IMG/VR virus record: IMGVR_UViG_3300020462_000003
Location: 1-64,000 of that record
Direction: 5' to 3' (one strand)
Source: a virus
DNA length: 64,000 bases
Made by a program: the position numbers and the translations under genes. Under the pieces are notes generated by a model. That model was not told the DNA's origin. It did not search any database and worked only from the letters and a program-made list of their open reading frames with translations. Below, one piece after another: positions 27,601-37,841 of the stretch. Numbering within the stretch: position 1 is the stretch's first letter; every line of letters starts with the position of its first letter.

Positions 27601-30600
27601 ACCGAGCCAGGTACTCAGAACCCTGCCCCTTCGAATTAAAGACGTGATCCCACTGCTGGGTATTCAGGGCAGTACGGATGTTCGGGTTACGACGAGCCTC
27701 CTCGTACAGGCGAACCAGCTGCTTGCGTGTGCCTTGAGCTTCGGCACTGTCCAGCGTCTCCTGGAAGGTCAACTGAGCCAGCTCCAAGGCAAAGGTCTCT
27801 TGCTCATTCAGGCCAATGCCTGCTGTAGCGGTATCAGCAGAGAATGGCAGGATGCCGAGCACCTTGGCTTGCATGATCTGCGCGATTGGGTCAGTGGCCT
27901 GAGTGCTTTGCATCTGCGCCTTCAGCACGCCAAAAGGACCCTGCAACCGTGACATGACCCCACTCACCAGGGCTTGCAGACGTGCAGTCTGATCCTGGCT
28001 CATCGGCTTGTTGGCCTGAGCCAATGAATCGAACACCTGCAAGGTATCCATCGCAGCCTGCGACGTGGCTCGTTGACGCAGGGTCAGTCCTGCCTGCTGG
28101 TTGCGGGTCACCCCGGCTTCGTAGAACAAACCAGAGGTATTGGTGATCAGTGCCGTCAGTGCCGAGGCTGCCTGTTCTTTCTCGGTCTTGCTCGATCCAT
28201 TGAAGAGAATGCCCACCACCGAATCGATGAACTTACGCATCGCCTTGATCAATCCGTTCGGGCCTTTACGCTGGCTCTCGAAGGTCATCTTGTTCAGCAC
28301 ATCACGCTGAAAGCCCTGGTTGGTCATGCCCCAGGAAATCAACTCATGGACGTTCTCGATGGCCGGTGCGTAGTTCTGCTGCAGCTGGGCATCCTTGGCA
28401 ATAAACGCTTCGGCCTGCACACGCAGCAGTTCCAGATCATCAATCAGATCCAGGGCTTCACTCTCATGCTCTGGATTGGCTGTGCGTGCAGCCAGTTCTG
28501 CTTCGATGGTCTGAGCCAAGGCACCGTGTACCAGCTCATGCAGCACCAGTTCAGGCGTCAGGTTGCCTACCTGAGAATCGGTGCTACGCAGGTAAATGGT
28601 CGGCGTGCCTCCCTCAGTGGTGAACCAGCCCAGCGAGTTGTCTACATCTTCGCCCTTCAGCTCACTCTTCGGCGTGTTCGGGGTGACGTAGCGGATCTCC
28701 AGTCCAGCATCAACCGTGTTGGCCAACATCTTCAACAGCTTGCGGTTGAGGTTCTGTACCCGTCCTGCAGGCGTGGCCAGCAGTGCCTGTTCAACCAGAC
28801 CAAAGACTTCCTTGGCTGGCATCACCGGCTTGGCTTTCAGGGCTGCTTCCAGGGGAGACAGCTCTTGTGTGTCGTCTTCTTCGACGACCTCTTCCTGAGC
28901 CTCTGCGGCCTTGCCGGGTTGCATCCCTTTCGCCTTTTCAGCCAGCAGCTCAGCAGCGGCCTGTACCTCGGCAGACAACACCGGCTGCAGGGTTTTGAGT
29001 TTGGCCTCGATGGCTTCACGATCCTTATCGGTTACCCGGTACACCCCTTTCTCCAGGGTGTACTGATCCAGGGTATCCACTTCCATCAACAGGTTGAGTT
29101 TGGCCTGGTCAGCGGCGTAGGCACCATACTTGGCTGCATCCAGTACATGCGGAATCAGCCTATCGAAAGGCACACCTTCCACATCCTTATCGAACGCCTT
29201 CTCTATCTGAACGTGGATCTGTCGCAACGCATCCATGTCGAAGGCATCACCTTCGGTCTCGATACGTTCAGCCAACGCCAGTACGGTACGTTCCAGAGCC
29301 TGGTAGGTCTGTTCGGGAATGGAGTAGTTCAGCAACGCCTCGAAGGTGTGTTTGTTCAGGCTGTTGGCACCCTTGACCATATCTTTGAGTGCCAGCCCCA
29401 GAGCGTCATGCACGTTCAAGGCTTCGACCTGTGCGTAGCTGCTCATGGCAATGAAGCTATCCGTACTCTGTACGCTTTTAGCCATACCACTGACGCCAGG
29501 GTCCTTCATCATTTCGGTCATGGCACGCACCTGCATGCGCGGACGACCATTGAAGGCAATCTGCGAGGAGTAGCGTGGATCACTGTTCAAGTGTCGCTCG
29601 GACTGGGTAGCGAAGACTGCGCCTTCTGTACTGCCTGTCTGAGAGCTGGCCGTATGCAGGCGAGGCTCGAAGGCTTTCACCCGCTCACGTAACACCTTGG
29701 TCTGCTCTGCCGTCAGGTCATGCAGCGGAACACGCACTTCATCCTTATTGCGCTTGAAGGCCATCAGCCCTGCATCCATCAGCTCCTCTTCGTAGCGGCC
29801 ACGTTCCAGTGCGTACATCTGGTCGTAGATGGCATACGCCGCCTGCAACGTGTTGTTGATCTGGGTACGTGCCGCCATGAAGTCGCCAAGGTTCTCTTGC
29901 AGAGATACACGGGTGGCCTTGCCCAGCGAAACCTGGAAAGCACCCTTGAACAGGCTGGCTTGCTTGTCGGAGAACTCCCACTCCATCCCCTGCTCCAGGG
30001 TCATGGTTTCAGGGAGCAGCTGTGATTCCAGGAAGTACTTCTGCTTGCTGCTCATCTTCTTGCCCTTGGACATGCCCAGGGTCAGCAGCGCATTGATATC
30101 CCGAACAATCTGCTCCATCGAGTCAGGGGTCTTGTTCTTCTTGGCAGCCAAGGACTCCATTCGCGCATAGACCCGATCCAGGGTCTCTTCCGCCATGGCA
30201 TCCAGTGCGGTGAACACCGATGAGCCGTACATCAGCCCCGTCAAAGGGGTCTTGACCAGGTTACGCGCATCCTTGCTCACCGAGCCGTCTTCTGCCCGCA
30301 GTACGCCAGTAAACCGGTACAGGGCATCGATACCCCCTAGGCCTATGCTGTAGTCGCGATCAGACCATTCTTTAGTGATCTCCTGCATGGAGAACGTCAT
30401 GTCACTGGCCAGAGTCTGGTACAGGTCAAGATTGCCCAAGGCCTTCCAGGCACCAAAGCCCTTCTCGTCCATCGACTTCAGCATGAAGCCCCCTTTGGGA
30501 GCCAGGTTCTGCGTCATGGCACCGAGCAACCACAGGCTCAGCATCGGGCCGTTGGTCTTGCCGTCCACCTCACCCATCATGTGGGAAGTGAATACCTGCT

Positions 30601-33600
30601 TACCGGACTCCTTGGCTTGCAGGTAATCGGCCAGACCCAGCAAGGCATCGAAGCTGTGCATCTTCTCCTTGCCCTTGAGTACACCTGCCAGGATGGCTTC
30701 CTGACTTTCAGGCGTTACCGTCTCATTCCAGATTAGGTCACGGATGGCCTGAGCAGCCGCCCGATAAGTAGGATCGTTCTCGATCGATTCCCACTTGGCC
30801 AGGGTGGCTTCGTCACTTTGCTCGTCGGACTTGATGCCCAGGCCTTCCATTACCCGCAGCTGGAAGTTGATCAGCGATGTGTCGCCTGCACCCTTGCCCA
30901 TGGATACGTTGGATACCCAACCACCCATGCGGGTGACGAAGCGATGCACCTTACTGGTCTGAGGGTTGATGCCGTTTTCCTTGAGCATCACACGCTGGTT
31001 ATTGGACGTGGTAGGCGTCAGATGAAACGGTACATCCAGGGACGCATCGAGCTTGGAGATCTGCTGGAAGAACTCCATCAGGTGAGCAATCTCACGACGC
31101 AGGCCATCGTTCTTCGCTTCCTGGCTCTTGCGGTGAGCCTTGTGAACCTTCGTCTCGTCTACCAACACCACACCTGCGACCTGCTCGAAGACCTCCGGAT
31201 TGAGTAGGGTCACCACCTGCATGGAATCCGCACGCAGGTAACTGGTTCGCTTGGCGACCTTTTTCAGGATCTTCCATTGCAGGTCAGGAGTTTTCTGCAG
31301 TCCTTTTACATGCGTCTCCGGACGCATCTTCGGTGCGGTGAGTGCGGGAAATTGCACAGCCGACTCCACCCCGAAGACCTTGTTGAAGGCGCCTTCTGTC
31401 TGACGGGCCGACTCAACAATCGACTGAGCTTGCTGGTTCAACTCACCATTTTTCGTAACCAGTCGAATGAAGACGTGGTTGCCTGCGTTGTACTCTCGCT
31501 TGTCACGGGAAGCATCAACGACAGCTTTATCGGAGACAGTGGATGCTTCAACAATACCCTGCTCTTCCAGCATGGCCAGCGTGTGAGCACCCAAGGCGAT
31601 GCGCAGCCGATCATGGCTGTCACTAGGCGCATCTTTCTTCAGACGCAGCCCAAGCGCCTGTATAGCCATGTCACCCAGTCGATTAACCACCAGGTTACGG
31701 GTGGTGCCTACATCCGAGAGCAGGCGCATCAATGCAGGTGGGACAGCCAGATCCTGTTTACGCCCGATCTTGGCATTGACGGCTTCTTCGTTATCCAGAC
31801 GGGGCTTGCCGGAGGCTTCCAGAATCCAGCCATAGGCCGATACCGACAGGGCCGTGGCAATGTTCTCTTCCAGGTTCAGGTCATCGTCGTGCAGGAACTG
31901 CATGAAGTCGTAGGCGAAGGATTCGGTAAGGATCTTTCCTTCCTTGTTCTTCATGCGCTTGAGCTGGCCCTGAAGAGTGTCCTGCCAGGCTTCGGCTGCA
32001 ACCACGAAGCGGTTCAGCAAACCATGCTGCTCATCGGTCAGGTCACTGTCGATGAACGACTGGAACTTCGCCTTCCCAGACTTGATCTTGCTCATGAAGT
32101 CGGTGACCGAAGTCAGTGGCTTCTTGGCATGACGCACCTGCTCGAAGTCTTCGGCAACACGGTTCTGTGTGAGGTAGTTGGCTGCTTCAAAGGGTTTGCC
32201 CGAGGCTTCGGCAAACAGCTTCAGACGCCCATCCACCACCGCCTCTTCAAATAGATCCGGCTGAACATCGTCCTGCTTGTCTGCCAACCCTTCCATCCAC
32301 TGCAGGATGCCTGCTGCTTCTTCAGCAGCCAGATCCTGATCGGCGGCCAGCTCATCGATCTTGGCGTCCATGCGTTGCACGAACTCAGGGGAAGCCAGTC
32401 GAGCAATACGCGCACGCACAGGGGCAAAGGCTTCACGGATACTGTTCTCGTTGAACATGTCCGTGTAGAGGTTTTCAGCCGCAGTCTCGCCGTCGTCATC
32501 CAGCTCCTGCGGATTGGCATCCAGTAGCTTCTGGCCTTCAAGCAGACGCTCACGCGCATCCAAGTCGCTGACACGAGCAGCCTGCTCTACGAAATTGGCA
32601 GGCACATTTGCTTCAACTTCCTCGGCTACAGATGCAGGGTCCTGAACAGGTTCACTGGTTGGTTGGGGAATCTCTTGAGGGGCTTCCGCCACCGTAGCTT
32701 GAGCAGGTTCGGCAACCGGCTTGGCGATCTCCTGCCGGGGAGTTTCTGCCACAGTTACAGGCTCAGTCGGTGCAACAACAGCGGGAGCCTGCTTTACTGA
32801 CGAGGTACGCAGCTTGTACAGCGACTTCATCTCATTCAGCAGCGACTTCAGTGCAGCCGCTTCCTTACGGACTTCGTTGATACGGCCTGCCGATGCACGG
32901 GTGACTGTGAATCCACCGGCCTCTTTCATAGCCTTCATGCTCAAGGGTTGCGTGACGGGTCCCCAGTTACCTTCGGCATCCGGCACCACCTGCACACTGC
33001 CACCCTTCTTCTGGATGGCATCCAAGGCACTCTTCAGTGCGGTCACCTTCTTGATGTGACTCGCCGCAAAGTTCTGCAGATCCTTGATCTCTCGACGGGC
33101 CGTCACTTCATCCGGTGTAGTGGCGTTCAGGGCAGAAGTGATCCAGGAACGGTACTGCTTCATTCCCTTGTTCTTGTCCGAACCCAGACGGATCTCGTCG
33201 CTCACGGCACCGAAGTCCTTGAGCTGGTTTTCCGCTACACGACTGGCTGACAGGAATCGCAGATGCTTACGCTGTGCGTCATCCAGTTTGATGGACGGCG
33301 AATTAATCAGGTAATCCAGGGTGCTATCGGTCAGCGCCTCAGGGTTACGCATGGACAAGGTGAACGACTCGGCAACCGCTTTCTCCAGCACAGTCGGTTC
33401 AACAGTATCGGGTGTTTCGATGGCTTGTTTGATAGTGGCCTGAGCGGTCTCAGCTACCTTGCCGGTTACACGCTGCTCGAACTTACGGGCCGTCTCCAAC
33501 TGGGTTTCCAGCGTCTCGACCGCAGTCTTGGCACGCTTACGAGAATCTGCATCCGAACGCACGGCAACACGCTTCTCCAGAGCGGTGATGTACTGGGTGT

Positions 33601-35374
33601 ACTCAGCCACCGTTTCCGTGTCAGCAGGGTCTACGGCCGCCAGTTCGGTCTTGCGCTGATCCAGCTCTGCCTGCATCTCCTGCACCCGTTCAGGGGCGTA
33701 CTCAGCCAGCGTCGCCTTCTTCTTGTCCAGGGATGCCTGCATATCCCCGACCAGGGATACCAGTTCCTGACTCTTGGCTTCCTTTTGTTCTGGAGCCAGA
33801 TCAGCCTTCTCGATGTGACGCATCAGTGCCCGAGCACCCAGCACGGGGTTGTAGGTAGCCGACTCAGGGTTGACCAGCGCCTCTACGTCACCTGTTTCAG
33901 CCGCCTTGTCTGCTGCTTTCTGGGCGTCGTCGTAGCGGGCCAAGGCTTCTTTCTGCTCACGGCTGGCACCGCCCATGACCGAACCCATGGCAGTACCGGT
34001 GACCAGACCCATGGCAGCCGCATTACCTACACCTTCATCGTAGGGACGGTCCAACGCCAGGTTCTGCAGCACCTGCTCGCCTGAGGATTGGACAGCTTCC
34101 TCACCCCCCTCCAGACCTGCAGCGCCTACTGTGCGGGGCACTACCGGTTTGGTGGATGTGCCCAGTGCGCCTTTAACCAGAGCTTCATCCACGTCACCCA
34201 AGCCTGCCTTGTTGGCCAGGCCACCACTGAGACGATTGACCAGCGAACCCATGACGCCTGTACCACCGGCAGCAGCAGTCTGCTTGAGTGACAGCAAGCC
34301 ATCAGCGGTCTGCTGACGGATACCCTCAGCTGCACTGCCTGCCATGACCAGGCCTTCGCCTGCTGCAGCTGCTACCTTGCTGCCTGCACCTAAGGCCTGC
34401 AAACCACGGCCAAACAAACCACCTGCCAGCATGGAGGGGATGGATTCACCCACAGCATGAGGAACAACACTGGGGTTGGCTGCGATCTCTTCCATCGTGT
34501 CCCAGAAGCCTTCGGCCTGACCGACGTTTTCGTCGGCATACCGCTGTTCCCAAGTCTTCAGGGTGTCGAGGAATTCACGAGCCTCCTCAGGACGGAAACC
34601 GGCTTCTTCGAGCGTCTTGCCTGCATGGCCACCCGACACAATGTCAGCCAGACCCACGGCCATCTCGGGAACGCTCACAGCACCCTTGACCGCAGTGACA
34701 GTACCGTCCTGCGTGGCACGGCGCATCAGACTATTGGTTCGCTCTTCCGTCTCCCCCATACCGGCCAGCGAATCCCAGTTGGATAGCTGATCGATCTTCT
34801 CGGAGAAGCCCCGAGCCTTCAGGGCACGTTCCAGTCGATCCAGGTTAGCGGCACCTTCCCTCGCTGGCATCTGGGCAGACCCGAACGTCATCTCACGCTG
34901 GGACAGCAGATCCATATCGGCATCGGTAGCCTGGTTGGTGCGGTAACGGCCATAGGCTTCTTTGGCAGCAGCATCCACCGAGGCTTCCTCGGCAAAGGCG
35001 TACGCATCCAACGGAGCCTGCAGGACATTACCCCCCAGAGCAGCGGCATCCTTGGCGAAGGACGCCAACTGGTTGATCACCATGCCTGGATATCCCTCAT
35101 GATCCAGACCCAACTTACTCACAACACTGTTGGCGTTGGCTTCATCAATGCGACCTTGCCGTTCACGAAACCGACGATTACCGTCGATGATCGATGCCGT
35201 ACGGGTAGCCTCACGCGCTGCCAATGAATTAGGTATCGGCTCCTGGTCCTTCAGCGCACCCAGTACTTGACGCTTTAATTCAGTTGCTTGCGCCAGCTTT
35301 TCCTTTTTAAGTTCGGTCAAGGAGATAGAGCGTAGTTCTTCTGGGAGTTCTGGAAGTTCTGGGAGCTGAGCCAT
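24626..35374 (-). CDS. Virion-encapsidated RNA polymerase (N4 gp50-like)
   Basis: 3582 aa; motifs EVDGKTNGP (A), RNLVKTPLTGLMYGS (B), VHDA (C); no Cys seen on reading. Confidence 0.95.
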   Translation of the reverse strand: MAQLPELPELPEELRSISLTELKKEKLAQATELKRQVLGALKDQEPIPNSLAAREATRTASIIDGNRRFRERQGRIDEANANSVVSKLGLDHEGYPGMVINQLASFAKDAAALGGNVLQAPLDAYAFAEEASVDAAAKEAYGRYRTNQATDADMDLLSQREMTFGSAQMPAREGAANLDRLERALKARGFSEKIDQLSNWDSLAGMGETEERTNSLMRRATQDGTVTAVKGAVSVPEMAVGLADIVSGGHAGKTLEEAGFRPEEAREFLDTLKTWEQRYADENVGQAEGFWDTMEEIAANPSVVPHAVGESIPSMLAGGLFGRGLQALGAGSKVAAAAGEGLVMAGSAAEGIRQQTADGLLSLKQTAAAGGTGVMGSLVNRLSGGLANKAGLGDVDEALVKGALGTSTKPVVPRTVGAAGLEGGEEAVQSSGEQVLQNLALDRPYDEGVGNAAAMGLVTGTAMGSVMGGASREQKEALARYDDAQKAADKAAETGDVEALVNPESATYNPVLGARALMRHIEKADLAPEQKEAKSQELVSLVGDMQASLDKKKATLAEYAPERVQEMQAELDQRKTELAAVDPADTETVAEYTQYITALEKRVAVRSDADSRKRAKTAVETLETQLETARKFEQRVTGKVAETAQATIKQAIETPDTVEPTVLEKAVAESFTLSMRNPEALTDSTLDYLINSPSIKLDDAQRKHLRFLSASRVAENQLKDFGAVSDEIRLGSDKNKGMKQYRSWITSALNATTPDEVTARREIKDLQNFAASHIKKVTALKSALDAIQKKGGSVQVVPDAEGNWGPVTQPLSMKAMKEAGGFTVTRASAGRINEVRKEAAALKSLLNEMKSLYKLRTSSVKQAPAVVAPTEPVTVAETPRQEIAKPVAEPAQATVAEAPQEIPQPTSEPVQDPASVAEEVEANVPANFVEQAARVSDLDARERLLEGQKLLDANPQELDDDGETAAENLYTDMFNENSIREAFAPVRARIARLASPEFVQRMDAKIDELAADQDLAAEEAAGILQWMEGLADKQDDVQPDLFEEAVVDGRLKLFAEASGKPFEAANYLTQNRVAEDFEQVRHAKKPLTSVTDFMSKIKSGKAKFQSFIDSDLTDEQHGLLNRFVVAAEAWQDTLQGQLKRMKNKEGKILTESFAYDFMQFLHDDDLNLEENIATALSVSAYGWILEASGKPRLDNEEAVNAKIGRKQDLAVPPALMRLLSDVGTTRNLVVNRLGDMAIQALGLRLKKDAPSDSHDRLRIALGAHTLAMLEEQGIVEASTVSDKAVVDASRDKREYNAGNHVFIRLVTKNGELNQQAQSIVESARQTEGAFNKVFGVESAVQFPALTAPKMRPETHVKGLQKTPDLQWKILKKVAKRTSYLRADSMQVVTLLNPEVFEQVAGVVLVDETKVHKAHRKSQEAKNDGLRREIAHLMEFFQQISKLDASLDVPFHLTPTTSNNQRVMLKENGINPQTSKVHRFVTRMGGWVSNVSMGKGAGDTSLINFQLRVMEGLGIKSDEQSDEATLAKWESIENDPTYRAAAQAIRDLIWNETVTPESQEAILAGVLKGKEKMHSFDALLGLADYLQAKESGKQVFTSHMMGEVDGKTNGPMLSLWLLGAMTQNLAPKGGFMLKSMDEKGFGAWKALGNLDLYQTLASDMTFSMQEITKEWSDRDYSIGLGGIDALYRFTGVLRAEDGSVSKDARNLVKTPLTGLMYGSSVFTALDAMAEETLDRVYARMESLAAKKNKTPDSMEQIVRDINALLTLGMSKGKKMSSKQKYFLESQLLPETMTLEQGMEWEFSDKQASLFKGAFQVSLGKATRVSLQENLGDFMAARTQINNTLQAAYAIYDQMYALERGRYEEELMDAGLMAFKRNKDEVRVPLHDLTAEQTKVLRERVKAFEPRLHTASSQTGSTEGAVFATQSERHLNSDPRYSSQIAFNGRPRMQVRAMTEMMKDPGVSGMAKSVQSTDSFIAMSSYAQVEALNVHDALGLALKDMVKGANSLNKHTFEALLNYSIPEQTYQALERTVLALAERIETEGDAFDMDALRQIHVQIEKAFDKDVEGVPFDRLIPHVLDAAKYGAYAADQAKLNLLMEVDTLDQYTLEKGVYRVTDKDREAIEAKLKTLQPVLSAEVQAAAELLAEKAKGMQPGKAAEAQEEVVEEDDTQELSPLEAALKAKPVMPAKEVFGLVEQALLATPAGRVQNLNRKLLKMLANTVDAGLEIRYVTPNTPKSELKGEDVDNSLGWFTTEGGTPTIYLRSTDSQVGNLTPELVLHELVHGALAQTIEAELAARTANPEHESEALDLIDDLELLRVQAEAFIAKDAQLQQNYAPAIENVHELISWGMTNQGFQRDVLNKMTFESQRKGPNGLIKAMRKFIDSVVGILFNGSSKTEKEQAASALTALITNTSGLFYEAGVTRNQQAGLTLRQRATSQAAMDTLQVFDSLAQANKPMSQDQTARLQALVSGVMSRLQGPFGVLKAQMQSTQATDPIAQIMQAKVLGILPFSADTATAGIGLNEQETFALELAQLTFQETLDSAEAQGTRKQLVRLYEEARRNPNIRTALNTQQWDHVFNSKGQGSEYLARFAALAMVWEPLHDQMSFETDKDTRKVSQMKLGERIQWLWEQLLDALQHRLFKVYSGQQADEKLSVLARRLVDLEYRKQNRRTGPVGAAREQLEDALDGVSTKAKQQVLRVLESPMLDQHKNAFVRAASSIAAASVDDQVGQLVDAGKVLRDRLYQGKLGLMAGVINEMREGNKVADLLLLSTKFLETVRMKIKTDFAKMSLDSFAENGEYLTQRMKDAVTKVALRTDMQSLLGPFDSAGLLDLMTDKAARDKAIAQYEAQLSGPFKDAYIQGVKQLAYRMAVKVKGYNTQQNALGIALRLNTPDSTKVSLEEGREIAKVLDPLVSLYALEYTDANQRMQAAQVMRKELERDDKGNGIEVILKLHRHMQKESAEKLFKDSELLMMKGYLPEVYNPHTEIITAPASEVARMVAQGYEVVGPLEQDDTDVVLKDLVLLRLTDRGLPNRQTGVVTYTGQHHKGTEVHAPLYSRNGYVDKHAARINRAITRAVQAQPIDPNYDPRKDSKVYMAPVINAVGEAAGYRYLMSEQMKDQLLERNNSFDLLLGALESNIFDKSNVTQQNRKAFEALKDQYDQEYTKNPDAYITFGPDSKDASIRETWRILPPASKQALRDVWGSDNLMVRNDIYDQTFGYSAYSLSKIMELDEAQRNFSEDMFFKMTDLMVRWQLKREGHTGVDLEDRAKRAALMIRRGEDRWMEVIRVVKDILVVKTGMTLLWNVVSNYTQLWLSGVPVVDIAKNSWVALQGVLDYRKDESELSALQAQLASGAVVGDVREMQQKILRLENTLAKSPVRSLIEAGLLSSIVEDVDTADSDYSYKSRWVKSLEQHADRVPDALKSVAKVAFVTHDTALYRVLSQGTQVSDFVARYTLYQQLISRKKNPLSHEDAVLKVSRAFVNYDKPSHQLLDYANRMGLVYFTKYYLRIQHVIMDLMKENPARALMLLAFDGYLDGAQTLIDSAAVNQFGNPLDIGAFKMLDAWDETLPIQAISSLIK

Positions 35375-35385
35375 TACTTATCCTG

Positions 35386-36735
35386 TTACTTAGAGGAAGG
35401 CTTTAATGCGTTGCGTATCTTATACCGATCCATGAGTTCCTGGTTCGCAGTATCACGCGCTTTTTGCGCTTTACTCAGTTGATCTTGATAACTCATGTAC
35501 TGCACGTACTCGTTATAGACTTTTGGCAAGACTCGTTTGACGTCAGCATCATCAAAGCTGTCATCCCCTATCCACGCCTCATCAATACCCGCCATCTTTG
35601 CGGCAGCCAGAATGACAGGCCCCAAGTTGGCGTCTTTTGGAATATTCAGATCCTTGTTACTACGCAGTTCCTTCACCAAGTCTTGGAATTGCTTAGACGT
35701 GTTGTCCTCTTCCTTAGGCGTCAGTTTAGAGACTTGAGCAATTGCCTCGCTTTCCGACACGTTATCGTTGACGGCCTGAGAGAACACTGGCTGACTGTCC
35801 ACATACTTCTGTGCAACAGCAACTTCCGATTCATAAGGGGTCAGTGCCTTAACACGCTCCTCATCCTGTTCCGGTGTCAGGCCAGTCAACTGACCGTAGC
35901 TGCTGGATACCTTCGAGAGCACATTGTTCAGCAAGCCAACAGGGGCGTTACCCAAGTTCTGTGAAACAGCACTGCGAACATCAGCCAGCGAACCTCCGTT
36001 CTGCATCACCTGATTGGCCGCTATCTCAGCGTTACGCTCATCAAGTGCCCATTGGTGCTGATCTCCGGTGATGGTCCGACGTTGAGCAGAGTTAGCCTCC
36101 ATATCCGCCACACGACGCCCTTCAAATCCAAGGCGTGTTCGGGCATTACCGATCTGTTCTACCGTCTGATGATCGCCCAGTAGTGACCTGCGAATATCTA
36201 CTAGCCCTTGAGCTGCAGTCGCTTGACCGCGAGTACTCAAGCCTGACTGCCCTAGTTTTTTCTCCAACAGATTGAGTTGTGCTTCAACCTGCTTAGGGTC
36301 CCCAATATCAATCTGCCTGGCTTCAGCCAGTAGACCATTCAAGATCGGGGCGTCGGAGTTATCCTGGGCCTGGTTGTTGTAAGCCATCTGATTGGTAGCC
36401 TGCTGACGCAGGAAATCCCCTCGGGTATCCAAGGCATTCCGCACAGCCGAACGATCGATCTGAGCACCGTACTGGGCACGATCCTGGTCCAGCTGACCGG
36501 ATGCCTGCAGAGCGGCCATCTCTTCAGGCGTACGGACCTGGCTCAGCCGATCGAGAAAGGCTTGAGTGTTCTGCTCCTTACCGGAATCCCAGTTGGCTTT
36601 CTCCTGGGTCTGGTACTGGGCGAGCACATCCTTCAAACCATCGAACCCGCTGTTCAGTGACCGGCCTGCCTGATTAAACAGACTGACTGCGCCCCCAGCA
36701 TTGGGAGCGTCCACATTGCGCCAAGTGATCGCCAT
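35386..36735 (-). CDS. Internal virion/ejection protein (gp51-like)
   Basis: MAITWRNV start, Cys-free, directly upstream of vRNAP. Confidence 0.7.
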   Translation of the reverse strand: MAITWRNVDAPNAGGAVSLFNQAGRSLNSGFDGLKDVLAQYQTQEKANWDSGKEQNTQAFLDRLSQVRTPEEMAALQASGQLDQDRAQYGAQIDRSAVRNALDTRGDFLRQQATNQMAYNNQAQDNSDAPILNGLLAEARQIDIGDPKQVEAQLNLLEKKLGQSGLSTRGQATAAQGLVDIRRSLLGDHQTVEQIGNARTRLGFEGRRVADMEANSAQRRTITGDQHQWALDERNAEIAANQVMQNGGSLADVRSAVSQNLGNAPVGLLNNVLSKVSSSYGQLTGLTPEQDEERVKALTPYESEVAVAQKYVDSQPVFSQAVNDNVSESEAIAQVSKLTPKEEDNTSKQFQDLVKELRSNKDLNIPKDANLGPVILAAAKMAGIDEAWIGDDSFDDADVKRVLPKVYNEYVQYMSYQDQLSKAQKARDTANQELMDRYKIRNALKPSSK

Positions 36736-36738
36736 TGT

Positions 36739-37224
36739 TTAGATCCCATTCTTGTTCATGTAATCACCTACCGATTGGTAAGCACCGGAGTTCGCAGCCA
36801 CACGCGCACGTTGACGATCTTCCAACTGAGCGTTGGTAAGTTTGCGTTGCGCCTCGTAGTTGGTATTGAACTGTCGCTTGTTTTCTTTAAGCGCGTCTTT
36901 AGCCAGACCGTACTGCTTCATACCCATCCAGGCATTACCCAGTCCTTGAGCCGCACCCAGTGCCAAGCCGCCCCAGCCTTGTTGCTGAGCGCCTGTAGCC
37001 TGATTGGTGTAACCCAACATGGATTGCATGAGAGTTGGGTTCATTACTGCAGTGGTAGGTTGGGCAGTCGCAGTCGCTGCACTTCCTCCAGCCAATGCTG
37101 CATCTAATCCAGCGAGAGGATTAGTGTTATTGGCGACAGGTGAATACCCTCCTACCTGCCCATAGTTTTGTTGGGGCTGACCTATACCTTGAAAGGCACC
37201 GGTAATGTTATCGAAGATGCCCAT
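36739..37224 (-). CDS. Internal virion/ejection protein (gp52-like)
   Basis: Gly-rich hydrophobic segment; L.DRQ.AR; synteny. Confidence 0.7.
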   Translation of the reverse strand: MGIFDNITGAFQGIGQPQQNYGQVGGYSPVANNTNPLAGLDAALAGGSAATATAQPTTAVMNPTLMQSMLGYTNQATGAQQQGWGGLALGAAQGLGNAWMGMKQYGLAKDALKENKRQFNTNYEAQRKLTNAQLEDRQRARVAANSGAYQSVGDYMNKNGI

Positions 37225-37285
37225 GTCTTAACTCCAGTAGGGACGGAAACACTTGGTAGTGTAGAGACAATCATTAAATACGGCC

Positions 37286-37311
37286 AAAAAGAAAGGCTCC
37301 CGAAGGAGCCT
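37286..37311 (-). terminator. Terminator after the lipoprotein gene
   Basis: AGGCTCC-TTCG-GGAGCCT plus T-run on the minus strand. Confidence 0.8.
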
Positions 37312-37335
37312 GTCTGTATGACGAAGGGCGTCTTG

Positions 37336-37776
37336 TTAGTTGCACATGGTCACTCCGCCCACAGTGTTGCAGTAGATGGGCCGAGAGTTATTTATGCCAT
37401 TCAGTGTGTTCTGGAGTGCTTGTTCACTTCTTTGCACCCCTAGATTGTGTTGATCGATCCTTCCTTTTTCACCCATTATTTGCGAAGCCACTTGGTTACA
37501 TACAGCCTTGGGTACATCTGGTGTTATTGCTGCTACCTGACTGACTTCTTTGTTCAATTGGTCAGGAAAGTAGGAGTACTTACCCAACTCTGCCTGCAGG
37601 TACTGCTTACCTAAGGCCCCTGTTGCGGGGTCCATTGCTCCGGATTCGATACACCGGTTGATGCCTACCCAGCCTTTGGCAAAAGCCGTATACCGTTGTG
37701 AGTCCATTGAAGGGGTTGCTTGTGAGGCGCACCCTGCCAACAGCACTGCCCCTACTATCACCGTAATCAATTGCAT
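37336..37776 (-). CDS. Lipoprotein (moron-like)
   Basis: Signal peptide with lipobox LAGC; C-terminal CN.VG....C. Confidence 0.8.
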   Translation of the reverse strand: MQLITVIVGAVLLAGCASQATPSMDSQRYTAFAKGWVGINRCIESGAMDPATGALGKQYLQAELGKYSYFPDQLNKEVSQVAAITPDVPKAVCNQVASQIMGEKGRIDQHNLGVQRSEQALQNTLNGINNSRPIYCNTVGGVTMCN

Positions 37777-37841
37777 GCCGTTGCTCTCCCTGGCTATTCA
37801 GACACTAGCGTACCTGAATGCCAGCAGATGGCCACCCCCTG

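Noticed and set aside
28073-29692. 539-aa plus-strand ORF and other long antisense ORFs over vRNAP, nrdA, primase and capsid
   Set aside because: Shadow frames from GC3 codon bias; no RBS or recognisable motifs.
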